This document shows, piece after piece, positions 26,568 to 40,719 of a stretch of 64,000 nt of DNA (the stretch's first letter is position 1; each line of letters starts with the position of its first letter). A program made the translations under genes and the position numbers. The notes under the pieces are model-generated. The model was not told the origin of the DNA and did no database searches. It was given only the letters and a program-made list of their open reading frames with translations. The stretch lies in contig OZ024743.1 of the NCBI GenBank assembly GCA_964016885.1, positions 147,684,001 to 147,748,000 on the forward strand, in the 5' to 3' direction. This DNA comes from Eledone cirrhosa (Eukaryota).

Positions 26568-28150
26568 CTTTGATAACTTTGATAACTTTGATAGGTTTCG
26601 GCCAGTATTGGCCCAGGCCATGTCTAACTTAGTAGCACCAACTGGCAAAGTCTTACAAATCAGTGTTTGGGCACCATGGCCCACTCAAGCAGAGAGTTAT
26701 TGTTTACGGAGGCATATCCGGGTGTAGGAGGCTTATCCGGGATTTCTTGAAGGAATTTATCCAGAGACTTCTTGAACTTGATGGGGTCTGTCTCTGCTTT
26801 GATGTGTTTTGGTGTAATGTTAAAGAGTGCAGGGCCAATTGAGGTGAAATAATTGTGCTGTATTGTTGTTATGTGATGCGAGTGGGATTTTTGTCGTGGG
26901 TGGATAGCACGGGGCCCAAGCATTGGGTGTACACTAAAGGTTATGCCAACATCATTTGGGCTAAGCTGATGGAATATTTTCCACATCATACAGATAATAT
27001 AGCGCTAACGGCGACGTTGAAGGGAATAAAGGTTGAGCTTTTCTAATCGACCCCAATAGTCAAGGCCTGTCATGCCAACTATCTTTTTGTAATTGACCTT
27101 TGGGGTGCTTCAACTTTCATGATATTTTGTTTCGCGTGGGGTAACCACAGTGGACAACAGTATTCAAGGTGGGGTCGGGCAAAAGTGGAGAAAAGAAGGA
27201 CAACAGTATGCATATCTCTCGACTGGAAAGTTCTGAAAATCCAGGAACACATTCTGCGGGCCATATCAACTTTACTGTTTATATGAGTGACGCAGCTTAT
27301 ATTGTTGTCCACAATTACTCCCAGGTCTCTGATGTTATTGGTAGGCAATATAGTTTCACCCGAAGGAAAAGTGTATGATAGTTTCATGGCATCCATTGTT
27401 CCAAAGTGGATTAGTTCAAATTTAACCTCATTCAACAGCATATTATTCATCTCTGACCATTGGATAACAGGCAGCAGGTCTGACTGAAGGCAAGTCCGGT
27501 CACCCACCTCATTGATGACCCTTTGGAGCTTGGAATCAACTGCGAAGATTCTGATGTTGCTGTGTTTGATGATGTCAGTAATGTCATTAATGTAGATGAT
27601 GAAAAGAAGTGGGCCCAACACAGTGCCTTGTGGGACGCCACTGCTGACTTTGGCAGGGCTTGATTTTACTCCTTCGACTACAACGTGCTGGGTTTTGTCT
27701 GTCAGGAAACATTTGAACCACTGTAGTAACCTTCCAGAGACACCAACATTGGATAGTTTTTCCAGTAGAATCTTATGATCAACCCTGTCGTAGGCCTTGC
27801 TGAAATCAAGGTAGATGACATCAGTGTTGGAGCCCTCTCCCAAGTCTCTCAAAACATCGTCAAAGTGTTGCAGGAGCTGCGTTAGGCAGTCCCTTCCATT
27901 ACGGAACCCATGTTCGTTGGAATTCAGCAGGCCGTTGCTTTCAAGAAAGTGGGTTATTCGTGATCTCACCACCCTCTCAAATACCTTGATAATATGAGAG
28001 GTGAGTGAGACCGGACGGTAGTTCACTGCAAGGGACATATTTCCGTTTTTGAAGACTGGGACAACGGACTGGGACAGAAAGTTTTCAGGAATATAGCCAG
28101 TGTCCAGTGAGTTGCTCCACAGATTAGCAAGAGGAGTTGCAAGTTGGTGT
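26566..28150 (-). mobile_element. CR1/L2-group LINE, 5'-truncated, (CAAAGTTAT)3 tail
   Basis: NYRPVSLTSHIIKVFE, HGFR, YLDFSKAYD, SGVPQGTVLGP, FAVDSK (FADD mutated), LEYCCPLW. Confidence 0.9.
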
Positions 28151-28239
28151 CGACACGCCTTTATAAATAGCTATCTGATGAAATTTACTTTCCGTTGGAA
28201 ATTCTCTGAATTTCTAATCTTTTGTAAATGGAAAGCGCC

Positions 28240-28797
28240 AAATATATGTGTGCATGTATGTATATATATACATACTACTGTACGTCGGTATACATATATG
28301 TATGTACGTGTACATACTTATATTTAAGTAACAGCCGTACTAAGAGTGGGAAATGAAATATCGTTTCATTTTTTCCGTTTATCGTTTTCGGTGCACCCGG
28401 CCGATTAACCCACTCGATATGCAAATTGGGCTACTCAGCCGTTAATATGCATAAGGTAAGTATATACGTTCAACAATCTGGCAGGAAGGTCACGTTGCTG
28501 ACGATAGCTAACAAGCTTGAAACTAGTACAGCGTTCCTTTGTCAGTGTTGAACAAACGAGCAACGGTGGTTGCTAGACACTACGGCTTAATACGGGATGT
28601 TTGTTTACAAACACACCGAGCATTATAATAAATGTTCGGTGAATCCATACGTGCATATATATATGTGTGCATGTATGTATATATATATATACATACTACA
28701 GTACGTCGGTATACATATATGTATGTACGTGTACATACTTATATTTAAGTAACAGCCGTACTAAGAGTGGGAAATGAAATATCGTTTCATTTTTTCC

Positions 28798-28801
<4 letters not shown>
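28240..28801 (+). mobile_element. Retrozyme-like tandem unit (period about 421 bp, about 1.3 units) with HHR
   Basis: cagccgtactaagag at 28332 and 28753; same family as 9168-9670. Confidence 0.75.
28492..28534 (+). ncRNA. Minimal type I hammerhead ribozyme
   Basis: acgttg-CTGACGA-tagct aaca agctt-GAAA-ctag-TA-cagcgt. Confidence 0.85.
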
Positions 28802-28836
<35 letters not shown>

Positions 28837-28881
28837 TACAGAATTAGTATATTTACCAACATATGCGTACAGATGTACACT

Positions 28882-29064
28882 AATTGTTTCTAATTTAGGC
28901 ACAAGGCCAGCAAATACCCGGTGCATTACTGGTACTTTATTTTATCGACCTCGTAAGGATGAAAGGCAAAGTCAACCTCGGCGGGATTTGAACTCAGATC
29001 GTAAAGGGACTTAACTATGCTGGAAAGCATTGCGTCCGACCCTCTACCGATACTGCCAATCCAC
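28882..29064 (-). mobile_element. SINE family A
   Basis: Reverse copy with B-box gggatttgaactc; it appears to interrupt the inverted arm of the adjacent element. Confidence 0.8.
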
Positions 29065-29601
29065 AATGCTAGCAAATACATAAGTTATGTCATAGTACCT
29101 AGGTGGTTCAATGCAGGAGGATGCAGAACAATTATATGAAAGACGTAAAATAAGAAAATTCTTAAAATTAAAAATTAACTTACTTACTAAAATTTTCACT
29201 CCAACTAGTTAGTTGTTCTGTATCCTCCTGCATTGAACCACCTAGGTACTATGACATAACTTATGTATTTGCTAGCATTAGTGTACATCTGTACGCATAT
29301 GTTGGTAAATATACTAATTCTCTATATTTATCTCCAAATTATTTATTTTTTGAGCAAACTTGCCAAATCCACTACTAATTCATTGTAGTGGTAGTAGGCT
29401 TTTGTCATTATAGCATCCCACTCCTCTGACTAGCCTCAGTGTCACGTGATTGATTCTTTAGAATCTGCCATTTGACCAGAGACAGTGAACTTTTTCAGTG
29501 CTATAGAATTCAGTCCCCGCTAGCTGTTCTATCCACCGAATTATTATTTTTATATAAGTCCCTAGTGTCCGCGCATTGCCTGGAGACTTAGCTGAGAATA
29601 G

Positions 29602-29683
29602 ACTCCCTGATGACGTAATGAATTATCGATGGTTACATTGCGTAACTATCTTTATCCCATTACAGAAACTAATTAGTTGGAGT
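29602..29683 (+). ncRNA. Type I hammerhead ribozyme with extended stem II
   Basis: actcc-CTGATGA-cgtaatg...gatggttac attgc gtaactatc...cattaca-GAAA-ctaattag-TT-ggagt. Confidence 0.85.
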
Positions 29684-30148
29684 GAAAATTTTAGTAAGTT
29701 AATTTTTAATTTTTAAAATTTTCTTATTTTACGTCTTTCATATAATTGTTCTGCATCCTCCTGCATTGAACCACCTAGGTACTATGACATAACTTATGTA
29801 TTTGCTAGCATTAGTGTACTAGCATTAGTGTACATCTGTACGCATATGTTGGTATACATACTAATTCTCTATATTTATCTCCAAATTATTTATTTGTTGA
29901 GCAAACTTGCTAAATCCACTACTAATTCATTGTAGTGGTAGTAGGCTTTTGTCATTATACCATCCCACTCCTCTGACTAGCCTCAGTGTCACGTGATTGA
30001 TTCTTTAGAATCTGCCATTTGACCAGAGACAGTGAACTTTTTCAGTGCTATAGAATTCAGTCCCCGCTAGCTGTTCCATCCACCGAATTATTATTTTTAT
30101 ATAACTCCCTAGTGTCCGCGCATTGCCTGGAGACTTAGCTGAGAATAG

Positions 30149-30230
30149 AGTCCCTGATGACGTAATGAATTCTCGACGGTTACATTGCGTAACTATCTTT
30201 ATCCCATTACAGAAACTAATTAGTTGGAGT
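30149..30230 (+). ncRNA. Type I hammerhead ribozyme, second tandem copy
   Basis: Same as 29602-29683 with one stem I mismatch (agtcc). Confidence 0.8.
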
Positions 30231-30422
30231 GAAAATTTTAGTAAGGTAATTTTTAATTTTTAAAATTTTCTTCTTTTACGTCTTTCATATACATATATAC
30301 ATATATATACATATATATATATATATACATACCTATATATATATATACATATACACACACAAATACAAGATGGCGTAGGACAGAAGAAAGGAGAGGCACA
30401 AAAACAAAGAAAAGAATCCCCA

Positions 30423-30640
30423 GTCACCGAAGAGGTCACAGAATGTCTGACGAAAGAAATTTGACAATATACGAACAATCGTCTGGTTGTGGAACCAACC
30501 AACCAACCGGCAATTTATAAATTCTTAAATTTATAAATTTAATTTATAATAAATTGAAGTGAAATCTAGGGGTGCGTGTGTTTCTTATTGGTAACATGAC
30601 CCTCCCAAAGCATAACAATACACGCACAAACACACACACA
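30423..30640 (+). mobile_element. pLTR-like fragment with degenerate HHR (30423-30465)
   Basis: gtca-CCGAAGA-g-gtca cagaatgtc tgac-GAAA-gaaa-TT-tgac; the tail is repeated at 31577-31715. Confidence 0.55.
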
Positions 30641-30647
30641 CACACAG

Positions 30648-30739
<92 letters not shown>

Positions 30740-30740
30740 T

Positions 30741-31015
<275 letters not shown>

Positions 31016-31027
31016 ATATATATATAT

Positions 31028-31110
<83 letters not shown>

Positions 31111-31129
31111 TACATATATATATATATAG

Positions 31130-31178
<49 letters not shown>

Positions 31179-31243
31179 TATAAATAATGGTCGCATTTTA
31201 AAAGGGTACGTCAAAGCTTATTTGTAAAACTGTTATATATTGT

Positions 31244-31306
31244 ATTTTGTCTGATGAAGGCATACCATAATTTAATTTGGTATCCCTGAAATATGAATAA
31301 TGAAAT
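31244..31306 (+). ncRNA. Type I hammerhead ribozyme
   Basis: attttgt-CTGATGA-aggcatacca taatttaatt tggtatccct-GAAA-tatgaa-TA-atgaaat; stem I has two G-U pairs. Confidence 0.65.
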
Positions 31307-31369
31307 GAATATGGTTTTATAAATATAGTTTCCATTTATTAATATCGTATATACATATATATATATGCA

Positions 31370-31575
31370 AGCGCATGGGTTCGTCTTAGTGGTTAGAGCG
31401 TTAGGCTTGCAATCGAAAGGTTGTGAGTTCAATTCTCGGACCGTGTGATGTGTTGTTTCCTTGAGCAAGACACTTTATTTCACGTTGCTACAGTTTACTC
31501 AGCAGAAAATCAGTACCAGCAATAGCTGGAGGTTTAACCCTGCGATGGACTGGTGTCCTCTCCAAGGGAGAGTTT
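31370..31575 (+). mobile_element. tRNA-derived SINE (family B, Meta/V-domain-like core)
   Basis: tcttagtggttagagcg A-box, gagttcaattctc B-box, 'ccttgagcaagacacttta' and 'ccctgcgatggactgg' cores. Confidence 0.75.
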
Positions 31576-31705
31576 TGTGGAACCAACCAACGAACCGGAA
31601 ATTTATAAATTCTTAAATTTATAAATTTAATTTATAATAAATTGAAGTGAAAGCAACTGGTGCGTGTGTTTCTTATTGGCAACATGACCCTCCCAAAGCA
31701 TAACA

Positions 31706-31788
<83 letters not shown>

Positions 31789-31981
31789 CGAGATAATCAC
31801 CGGACAAATGAGCCTTCTGGCTTAAGACTTACGGCCTGCCCGCCCACCCAGTGGAATGTCGTCATCGTGTGGCTAAAACAGCACGTGATGTGACCATCGG
31901 GGCTGAATGGCGGTCAAGGTGATCAAGGTGATATATATATAATATATATATATGTATTTATGTGTATATATATATATGTAT

Positions 31982-32031
<50 letters not shown>

Positions 32032-32187
32032 TAAGAATAATGAGTTCTAAACTCAAGCAGTCCTTTACAATGAAATAGCTCAAAGAAAGAAGTATTTTTC
32101 AATCTAGCTAACTTAGTCTTTTACAATACAAACACTTATATTATGTTGGTATTTGTGTTTCATCATATATATTAATTTATATTAACT

Positions 32188-32237
<50 letters not shown>

Positions 32238-34349
32238 TGTGTGTGCGTGTGTGTTAGTATGTTAGTGTGACAGTGTACGTATGTGTGTGTTTTTTCGTTT
32301 GAATGTACGTTTACATTGTGGAAAGAGACCATGATGGCAAGAATGAATATGAGAAACAGTACCAAGAATGTAATTTCAGAGACAGGTTTGGCAATCCTAT
32401 GACCGAAAACTAGGTAAGTTATTACGGTAATTCTGCATTGCCTTCATTCCAAATTCCTATAGTCAGCACTCTGTATTACTATTACCGACCCAAAGGAATA
32501 CAGTAAAACATCTGGTATTAGTTTTCTATCTCTGTGTCTGTACGTATATGTGCAGGTGTGTTCGTGTGTATGCGTGGGTAAATAAATGTATTGATATAGT
32601 AAGAGTGTATGTAGTTATGGGTAACACAGTGGTAGAGTATCAGATGCTAACATTTATATATTTTCTTACCAAACCGATTTTTTCACTTAAAATAAACTAT
32701 ACACTATGTATGTTTTGTTTTCTATTTTGTTTGTTTACACTCAAGATGGGAGGAAAGAGAGAGAAGGAAGAGAATGAGAGAGAGAGGGAGTGATATATAT
32801 ATATATATATACATTGTTGGCTTTTCGCTACAATGTTTTCTATACCTTTCATTTATATATTTATATATATATATATTCATATATATATAGAGAGAGAGAA
32901 AGAGAGAGCGAGAGAGAGAGCAGGTGGGAAGTGGAATGAATTTCAGACAGGGTGGTGACTGTTTTTGTGATCGTTATTCTGGTGGGGATGGTGGTGGGAA
33001 TGGTGGTGGGGATGATGACGATGATGGTGTTGTGGTTATTGTCACACCTTTTCTTCTCATTTCTTTTCTTAGACCGGTGGAAGAAAGATTATCTATTATT
33101 GTTGTTGCTATGTTTTTGTTGTTAATATTGCTTTTGTTATTGTTATTGATAATATCATTACTGTCTGTTACTTAGATGCTGGGGATGGAGTTAAAGCCTG
33201 GACCCACAACCCCTCCCACCCAGGCATCTATCTCTCTTTTTGTTAGTTTAACAAATTTGATTAAGGGTAGTATCCAGTAAGCCAAAATAACATCAGAAGC
33301 AACAACAGTAACAACAAAGAACAACTACAAATACAAAAGCGATTGTTATATAAACAGAGAGGTTAATTTATTCCTCATACTATAATCTGCATATGTAATA
33401 TGACACCTTAACTCCGATATTCCCCTGGAGAGAAATATTCAGTTCCTGACCTCCAAATTTTAAAGAGAGGACGGTAGTCATAAATAACATAACCACAAAT
33501 AAATAACTCCATAATGAAATAAACAAAGAAATAACACACTAAATACATAAACAAAAAAATGTATGATACCAAAATAGTCCCTCTTTTTGCGCATACGAAA
33601 ACTGAGGTTCAGGTTGATAAGAAGAGATTTATAAAAATATATATATAGAGAGATTCTTTTAGTATTCTACGCTGTTTCAGTTTTTGCAGTGATTAATATA
33701 GTCTAGTTACTTAATTTGTTTTAGTTTTAACTATCATTTGATAAACCGTGCTGTGTAAAAGAAAAACAGATTAAATTTGAGAAACAAAAACGATAAAAAT
33801 ACGGAAAAATACAAAGAAATGTGGGGCATACAAAGAATTGGACCACCACGTAACCAAAATTAAATATATAAAGCAAGAAAGTAAAAACAAGACGAATAAA
33901 AATAAACTAATAAGAGTGGTTCTGTTTTCTTTAGTTTGTTAATTAGAATTTAAACACAAAGTAAGTAGGATCAACCTTTCATTTTTCTCACATTCTTTTT
34001 TACATTTTTTTCCGCTGTTATTTTTTATTCTTTATTCGCATGGAAAGTTTTTGTATTGCCACAGTTGCGGAATATGGTGGATTTCATTTCTGATCTCATC
34101 AGTGCTGATCGCTATAATAAATAACCTAGACAGATTTATGGAACTTTCGTTGCTTTTGTTATTTGAGCTATAATGAAGGCCGCTGAAAAGATTGGTTGTG
34201 TCAGAACACCAGATACATATACTACGGCTGTATAATTGTATTTCTCTCTCATCAGCGTTCAAATCCGGCTGAAGTCAACTGATGCCGACTTATTATTTAA
34301 AGTCTGTTACATCTCGTATACCACGTCAAATAAGATAAAAATATTCTCC

Positions 34350-34995
34350 TACATTTGGCACATGGCCAGCAATGTGAAGGGAAGTGGAAGTCGATTAAAT
34401 CGACCCCGGTGTGTTAGTGGTTGGTTATTTTATCGAGCCCGTAACGATAAAAGTTAACGCTAAACTCGACAAGATTTGAACTCAGAACATGATGGGCCAT
34501 AGCTCTATGCCGTAAAACATGTTGTCCAACGGTCTGCTGATACTGCAAATCCATTGCCCTTAATACGATAAATCGTGCTGATTTAGGCACAAGGCCAAAC
34601 ATATTGGGAGGGGAAAATCGATTAAATCAAACCCAGTGCGTTACTGCTACTTTATTTTATCAATCCCGTAAGGATGAACGGCAATGTTAACTTCGATGGG
34701 ATTTGAACACAGAATGTAAAGAATCGTAACTATATATCTCAAACTATGTCGTCCGACGCACTACCGATATAGCCATTCGACCGGCCTTAATATGACGAAT
34801 AATCATTGTTTCTACTTTAGGCATAAGGTCAGCAATTACAACAGTGCATTACTGGTACTTTATTTTATCGACCCCGTAAAGATGAAAGGCAAAGTCAACC
34901 TCGGCGGGATTTGAACTCAGATCGTAAAGGGACCTAACTATGCTGGAAAGCATGGCGTCCGACCCTCTACCGATACTGCCAATCCACCGCCCAAT
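34350..34995 (-). mobile_element. Three head-to-tail SINE family A copies
   Basis: Reverse B-box motifs near 34473, 34698 and 34907; third copy has TSD aatatgacgaataat. Confidence 0.85.
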
Positions 34996-36480
34996 ATGAC
35001 GAATAATAATATATTGTTATCATGTGTGTCGATTATATTTTATCTCTCTTTCTCTCTCACTCAAAAAGAAAAAAAAATATTGGTACCTCCTGACTACTGG
35101 CTATTACTAAATCTTTGCGAAAGATAAATGAGTTACAAGACAAACATACGTATCATTAATCTATAAGCGGGACCCGAAGAAATTTTACGTTTTGTTGATA
35201 AATCTTCTTAACATTTTATCAGTAGGTTAAATTTCCGTCTATGTCTTCCTTTTCGTTCCGTAATTAACCTTCCGGGATAGATGAAATGAATATCAATCAA
35301 TTATTTAATTGAGCCAAAATTCCTGTCATAGTCACACACAGTTTGAGTACACAGTCATCACATTAATATTATCTATCAATAACATCCTATATTACTATCA
35401 ACATAATACACATTGAAACTATCATTCAGTCATACATAAACATTCATTCCCTCTCATATTCTGTCCCTCGCTTGCGCTGCTTTCTTTCTATCTAACAGCA
35501 GATAACGCAATTAAAGACGGATTTCGCTGCTACTCCCCCAAATAAATAATGATGATTTTCTCAACATTGACCCATTAAACACGCCACGGTATTCGTCTAC
35601 GTACACTGACACAAGTGTATGATAGAGCCATACAGCGATTACTTAGCCTGCTAATAATAGCAACCAAATCCCTCTCGGATAACACATTGGTATTTTAAAA
35701 ATGGAAGGGCATAGTGGAAAACGCAATCAAGGATATAATAATCCCCGGAATGGTCATGGCTAAATCAACTCTGAACAGGCCTCTACAAAAGAAAAGAACA
35801 TGTGGTCGTTGCATTGGAATTATGCGTGGTCCTAGATTAGATGTGACTAGTAGTAAAGAAATTGCTGACCGAAGGGCCACCTACATTTTGCTTGCGTCTG
35901 AAAGACATCAGTGAGGGTTTAGTGATTATAGGAGGAGTAGTTGGAGGAGATCAGAGAAAGTGGAAGTTACGGGTGATAGATGACAGAATATGATGCGTGG
36001 TGGAACGTATTAGGGAAAGCAATGCATTTTGTGGTTCTGTGTTCAGAGGTCTGATCAATAGACTAGGCTCGGTGGCAAGCGGCACAAAGTCAGGGTGGGT
36101 GTAACCTCGTGTGAGGAAGAAATGAGCTTCTCTAATTCTTATTTTGGGAGCAAATGCCGACATTTCAGTCCTTCCATCCACAACAAATACGTTCATTGCC
36201 AACCGCAGGTTGTTCTCGTCTCATGCATATACGTGTTTACGTTATATTTTTTATTGTTAATATAATCAAATATTAACATATAGCGCAATATTCATTATCT
36301 ATTCTCTCCTAATTTGAAGTTGGTAAAATTATTCTACATCTGGTTTGTCCTTTTCCGGTATGATACTTAAAATATTCAAGTCAAGGATAGTGCCATGCAT
36401 TGACAGCTTGTAAACACACAAAATGTCTCTTTAAAAAACAGATATGAACAGAGATACTCTCCCAAATATACATACGTCTA

Positions 36481-36661
36481 TACGAGGGTAGGCTAATAAG
36501 GTTTTAGGCTGACTATGAAGGAGTGATGCTAGTGTTGTGAAATCTTACGTGCATTAATTTCAACTCTTTTTATTAATAACTGTATTGTTTCTTTCCACGG
36601 ACTATGTAGTAAAATGAACCGCATCTTTGACAGCCTAGGAACTTTTCAGCCGACAATCGTA
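36481..36661. mobile_element. Tc1/mariner-type MITE
   Basis: TIRs tacgagggtaggctaataaggttttaggctg / cagcctaggaacttttcagccgacaatcgta; TA ends. Confidence 0.75.
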
Positions 36662-37594
36662 TATACATGTGACTGATTCTCGAAGATGTGCCTCTAGTTT
36701 TCTATTTGTACTTTTGTTGAAATTCAACAGCCGCTGAAATTGAAACATTTCCTGGCTGTATAAAGAAACTCTAGGCTATGATATGCAATCTTGTCTATGT
36801 TGTATGTATATGACCGTATTTCAAATCCATGAGAGTTTGAAATTCCAAGCATTCGTTTTCTTTACTGAAAATTGTGTTGGTTTTGGCTGTGTATTACTCA
36901 AAGGTATGGGGTGCAGTAGTATATGTATGTTTTACAAATATGTGCTATATTGCTCTAGTAAGATTTGATGAATTAGACATATTCTCAAAGGAGCAATCCA
37001 GCCATGGTAAACCCATCTGGCTCGGGATACAGAACTACATTAACCAATACGACTTAAGCGATTTTCGGCAGTATGGTCTATTATGAAGGATAAGTGTTTG
37101 CTATTTCTTAAAACTCAAGTGATCACGTAGAAGCTTTCGTCTATATTCTATGGCAACTCAATACTTTATATTTCAACTGAAAAGTCCTTTTTAAAGCGTA
37201 ATATACATTCAGAATGGCACTACCGTTTGGTTTGAGAAAGATTTCACTGCTACATTTTAGTAGGTCATTTACAGAGGGTATTCAAATCTGGAGAATGGTT
37301 TTATAGTTTAAAAGTGGTAACGCCCGTAATTAGCTGGTGTGCAAAATATGAAATGAAGTGTAATATTCATAGAAGGCGTGGTGGCTTTTGCTGTAGATAC
37401 CACGTAGTCGATATAAATGAACTCTGACACTCGAGTTGATTTAAACTAAGAGAGGTTCATCAACACAGGAGGTAAATGGAGAAACTGATATAACGTTTCT
37501 GATCACTGCAGTTCCTATGCAAAAGATGTTGATAGAATATACGCATATGAGAAGAAGCTAAAAACTTGATTCCATATTTGTATTAAAAATAATT

Positions 37595-37795
37595 TAAAGG
37601 CCAGCAATTTACGGGAAGAGAAAATCAATTATATTGACCTCCAGTACTTCATTGGTATTTTGTTTTGTCGAACTCCAGTATGTTGAAAGACAAAACCCAC
37701 ATCAGTGCGATTCGAACTCACAACCTATAGGGTCATATTTAGATACTGCAAAGAATTTTTCCAACGCTCTAAAGGTTATGCCAATCCATCGCCGC
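37595..37795 (-). mobile_element. Old degenerate SINE family A
   Basis: aaggccagcaattt...cgattcgaactca...gccaatccatcgcc. Confidence 0.55.
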
Positions 37796-39118
37796 GATTA
37801 TTTTATAAGAGTTATACTTAATTATTTGGCTCTGAACAAAATATATCTATAGTCTCTAAGGTTTGATATGGAAGTAAATATAGACTGGTAGATCTAAGTG
37901 AATAACTTCATACAGGTGATTTATACTATCGTGTAATTTATATAAACCACAACAGATCCACGGAATGAGAGAAATATTTAAAGTTAACATCAATAGTAGC
38001 GCAGTCCTGAACAAGAACGTTTCAAGACCTGATTAAGTTATCAATTGGACAGTCATACTGTTGGTTTTATGTTGCCAAATACATTGTTTTACATCAGTAA
38101 GCTGTGTGCCTGTGAGAATAATTTGCTAGTTTGCTACAGAAATGCAAGCATAATTGAGAGGTTTAAAAGTTCGTTTTTAAATCATGAAGTCCCAGATTAT
38201 ATCCCACCGTGTGGCATTTGTGCAAATGCTTTTTTTATTTGTTTACCAGTCACCTGTAAATTGTGAAGTCGAAAATTGCGAAGAATTCCGTTGGGTAAAC
38301 TGTACAGGTAATTCAAAATATCAATTTTGTCACACTGTCACGCTGATTCTGCCTGAGAATTAATTAAATGTTACGTATGGAATTGTCAGCTACATACATA
38401 TTTATTTAACGAGAAGGATATACCCTCGATTGTACAATTGAGTGTTCATCGTTAAAACCGACGAAAATTCCATCATCAATTTACTAGTAGTTCACTACAA
38501 AAAGGAAGATTTAACGAATTTTGACAGAGTTGGATTTGGAGATAAGTGAGTAGCATATGTTTATTTAATTTAACTATGTTACTATTTTAAAAATAATTTC
38601 TCTCTTACTGGGGAAAGTATTTTCAATTGCATTTCCTCAGTCATGTGGCTTTCACTACAGAGATCATTTAGTGGACAAGTGTTAATTGGTGAAATTAAAC
38701 TTAAAATATACCTTCATATACATCTTCGAGAATCACTTAAATTCTGAAAATGATCAACACCTGCAATGTTTCTCGGAGACGAAGAAATATAAATAATATA
38801 AATAAAACCTAATTTTGTTGATTTTCACAATTGACTGGTCTTGTTGGTAATAAAGTTATCCCAGTGTTATTTAATACACATATATTTATGGAAACTACTT
38901 TGCTATGTTAGAAAATTAGTGAGAGAGAAATGAAGAAAGATTGTTTAGGGGTGATGTATCGTGAACATATCAGATAGATATCAATTTCGTCGTTACTGAG
39001 ACACAAAGAAATAAGATATGTTTTATTGTTATTTAATAGTAAAGTCCTTTCTCTAATGTTTTTGCCTGTCAAGAAATTTATGATCTCTGTTTGAAACATA
39101 CTACTACGTTGCAATAGA

Positions 39119-39720
39119 TCTTCTTCTTCTTCTTCTTCTTCTTCTTCTTCTTCTTCTTCTTCTTCTTCTTCTTCTTCTTCTTCTTCTTCTTCTTCTCTCC
39201 CCACGTATTCATGAGAGAGGGTGGTGAGGGAAGAGACCTCAAAGATTCCTTCCAGCGGGTCCTGTCAGAAGTAACTGTGTCCAACTGATCCGGCTGGATC
39301 CCCAAGAAAACCAGACAAACTCATAAATGTTATCTAACCATCTTGTTCGGGTCTCCTGCCGGTTGGTTTTGCAAGTACAATATGTCCAGTGATTATTTCC
39401 TGAGACATTCTCACCAAATGCTCATAGTATCGCAGCTGTGATCACTCAATTCGGAGAAGCAGCGGCTCTCTGATCTGCAAGCTACCTAATCTATCGAGTA
39501 ACGTTACTCCACAGACCTTTCGGGGGAACCCCATGTCTGCCGGTTGCATTCTCAATATAATTCTTTCGATCATTACAAAATATTTATGATCATAGGTAAG
39601 GGTTAGCAGGAATACCGATTTGAACATTGCAGGTTGGGGTTTTATACCCATCCCTTTCTTCTGATTACTGAATGTTGAAGGTGGTGAATGACTGCACCAG
39701 CTCCTGCAATTTTTGTTACT
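39119..39720 (-). mobile_element. RTE-clade LINE 3' fragment with (GAA)n tail
   Basis: EPLLLRIE.SQLRYY.HLVRM remnant; (TTC)n at 39119-39195. Confidence 0.7.
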
Positions 39721-40719
39721 ATGGACAACTTTTTATTTCTCTAGCCAATACTTCAACATCCTTAGATTACATTTGAGGAAAGTAAGAGTGAAAAGAGAGT
39801 TGGTTCCATCAAGTCAGACGTATGAAAGTTGAATAACCGTGGTGAATATGCTGTGGTTAAACAGGCCAACTCTGATTACATATCAGTGGGTTGCAGCTAA
39901 AACAACTGGGGGATAAACTTACCGTTATTGTTTCTGGGTAATCCAGGGTTCAGCATATTCGGTATCCCATATAAGCTAAGCTGTTGTTGCCTGTTTAGTA
40001 TATCCTTTCTTATTTTGTTATTTACTTCCATTGTTAAATTGATAAACACCATTTTATTTTACGTAACTCTTTCTTTTTTTAAATTTTGTTTTACTTTGTA
40101 TCTTTTACTTCATACCGACTTTTGCGCTTTAGGCTCCTGTGCAATATAAAATAAATCATCATTATAATTACAGTTGTTTTTGTTGATGATAATGCTGATG
40201 GTGATGAGGATGTTTTAATAATGAGGGTGACGATGATGATGGTAGTGATGATGAGTGGATCATGATGATGATTATGATAATGATTATGAAGGTTCTAACT
40301 CCTTAGTCAAAATATCGAGAGTCAGCGTGGGTGATTCGGTTTAATTTCAGAGCTATGAATAACTTATGAAAAAAATGATTAATGCACACAAGATGAAAGA
40401 GAGAGAAACAAAGAAACAAAGACAAAAAATGGCAGTATGGAATAAGGTGATGGTGTTTCGAAGAGGTGGGTTCAATATGAAATCTAAGCAATTAAGATTC
40501 TCATTTCTTTTTTCAGTTTCATCACTAAATTATCTGATCATTAGTCATTTATTAACATTATTGTGCCCGTTGTGATTTCGCTGCAGGTGTTCTTGTTTTA
40601 TGATGATAGACATTACCCCTGTTATGTTATTATTGTTGTTCTTATTATTATTATACCAGTAATGCACTTGGATAATTTCTGGCCTTGTGCCAAGAGTAGA
40701 AACAATTAATATTATTATT

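Larger units (their letters stand above)
29067..30288 (+). mobile_element. Retrozyme/PLE-type element: inverted arm (29067-29213) plus about 2 tandem units (period 547 bp), each with an HHR
   Basis: Near-identical head-to-tail repeat; the inverted arm matches 29667-29810; no ORF. Confidence 0.88.

Noticed and set aside
29214-30288. CRISPR array or simple satellite interpretation
   Set aside because: Eukaryotic context with no repeat-spacer pattern; the HHR and inverted arm fit a retroelement better.
34032-34262. 76-aa minus-strand ORF as a possible exon
   Set aside because: No recognisable motif or supporting neighbouring exons.
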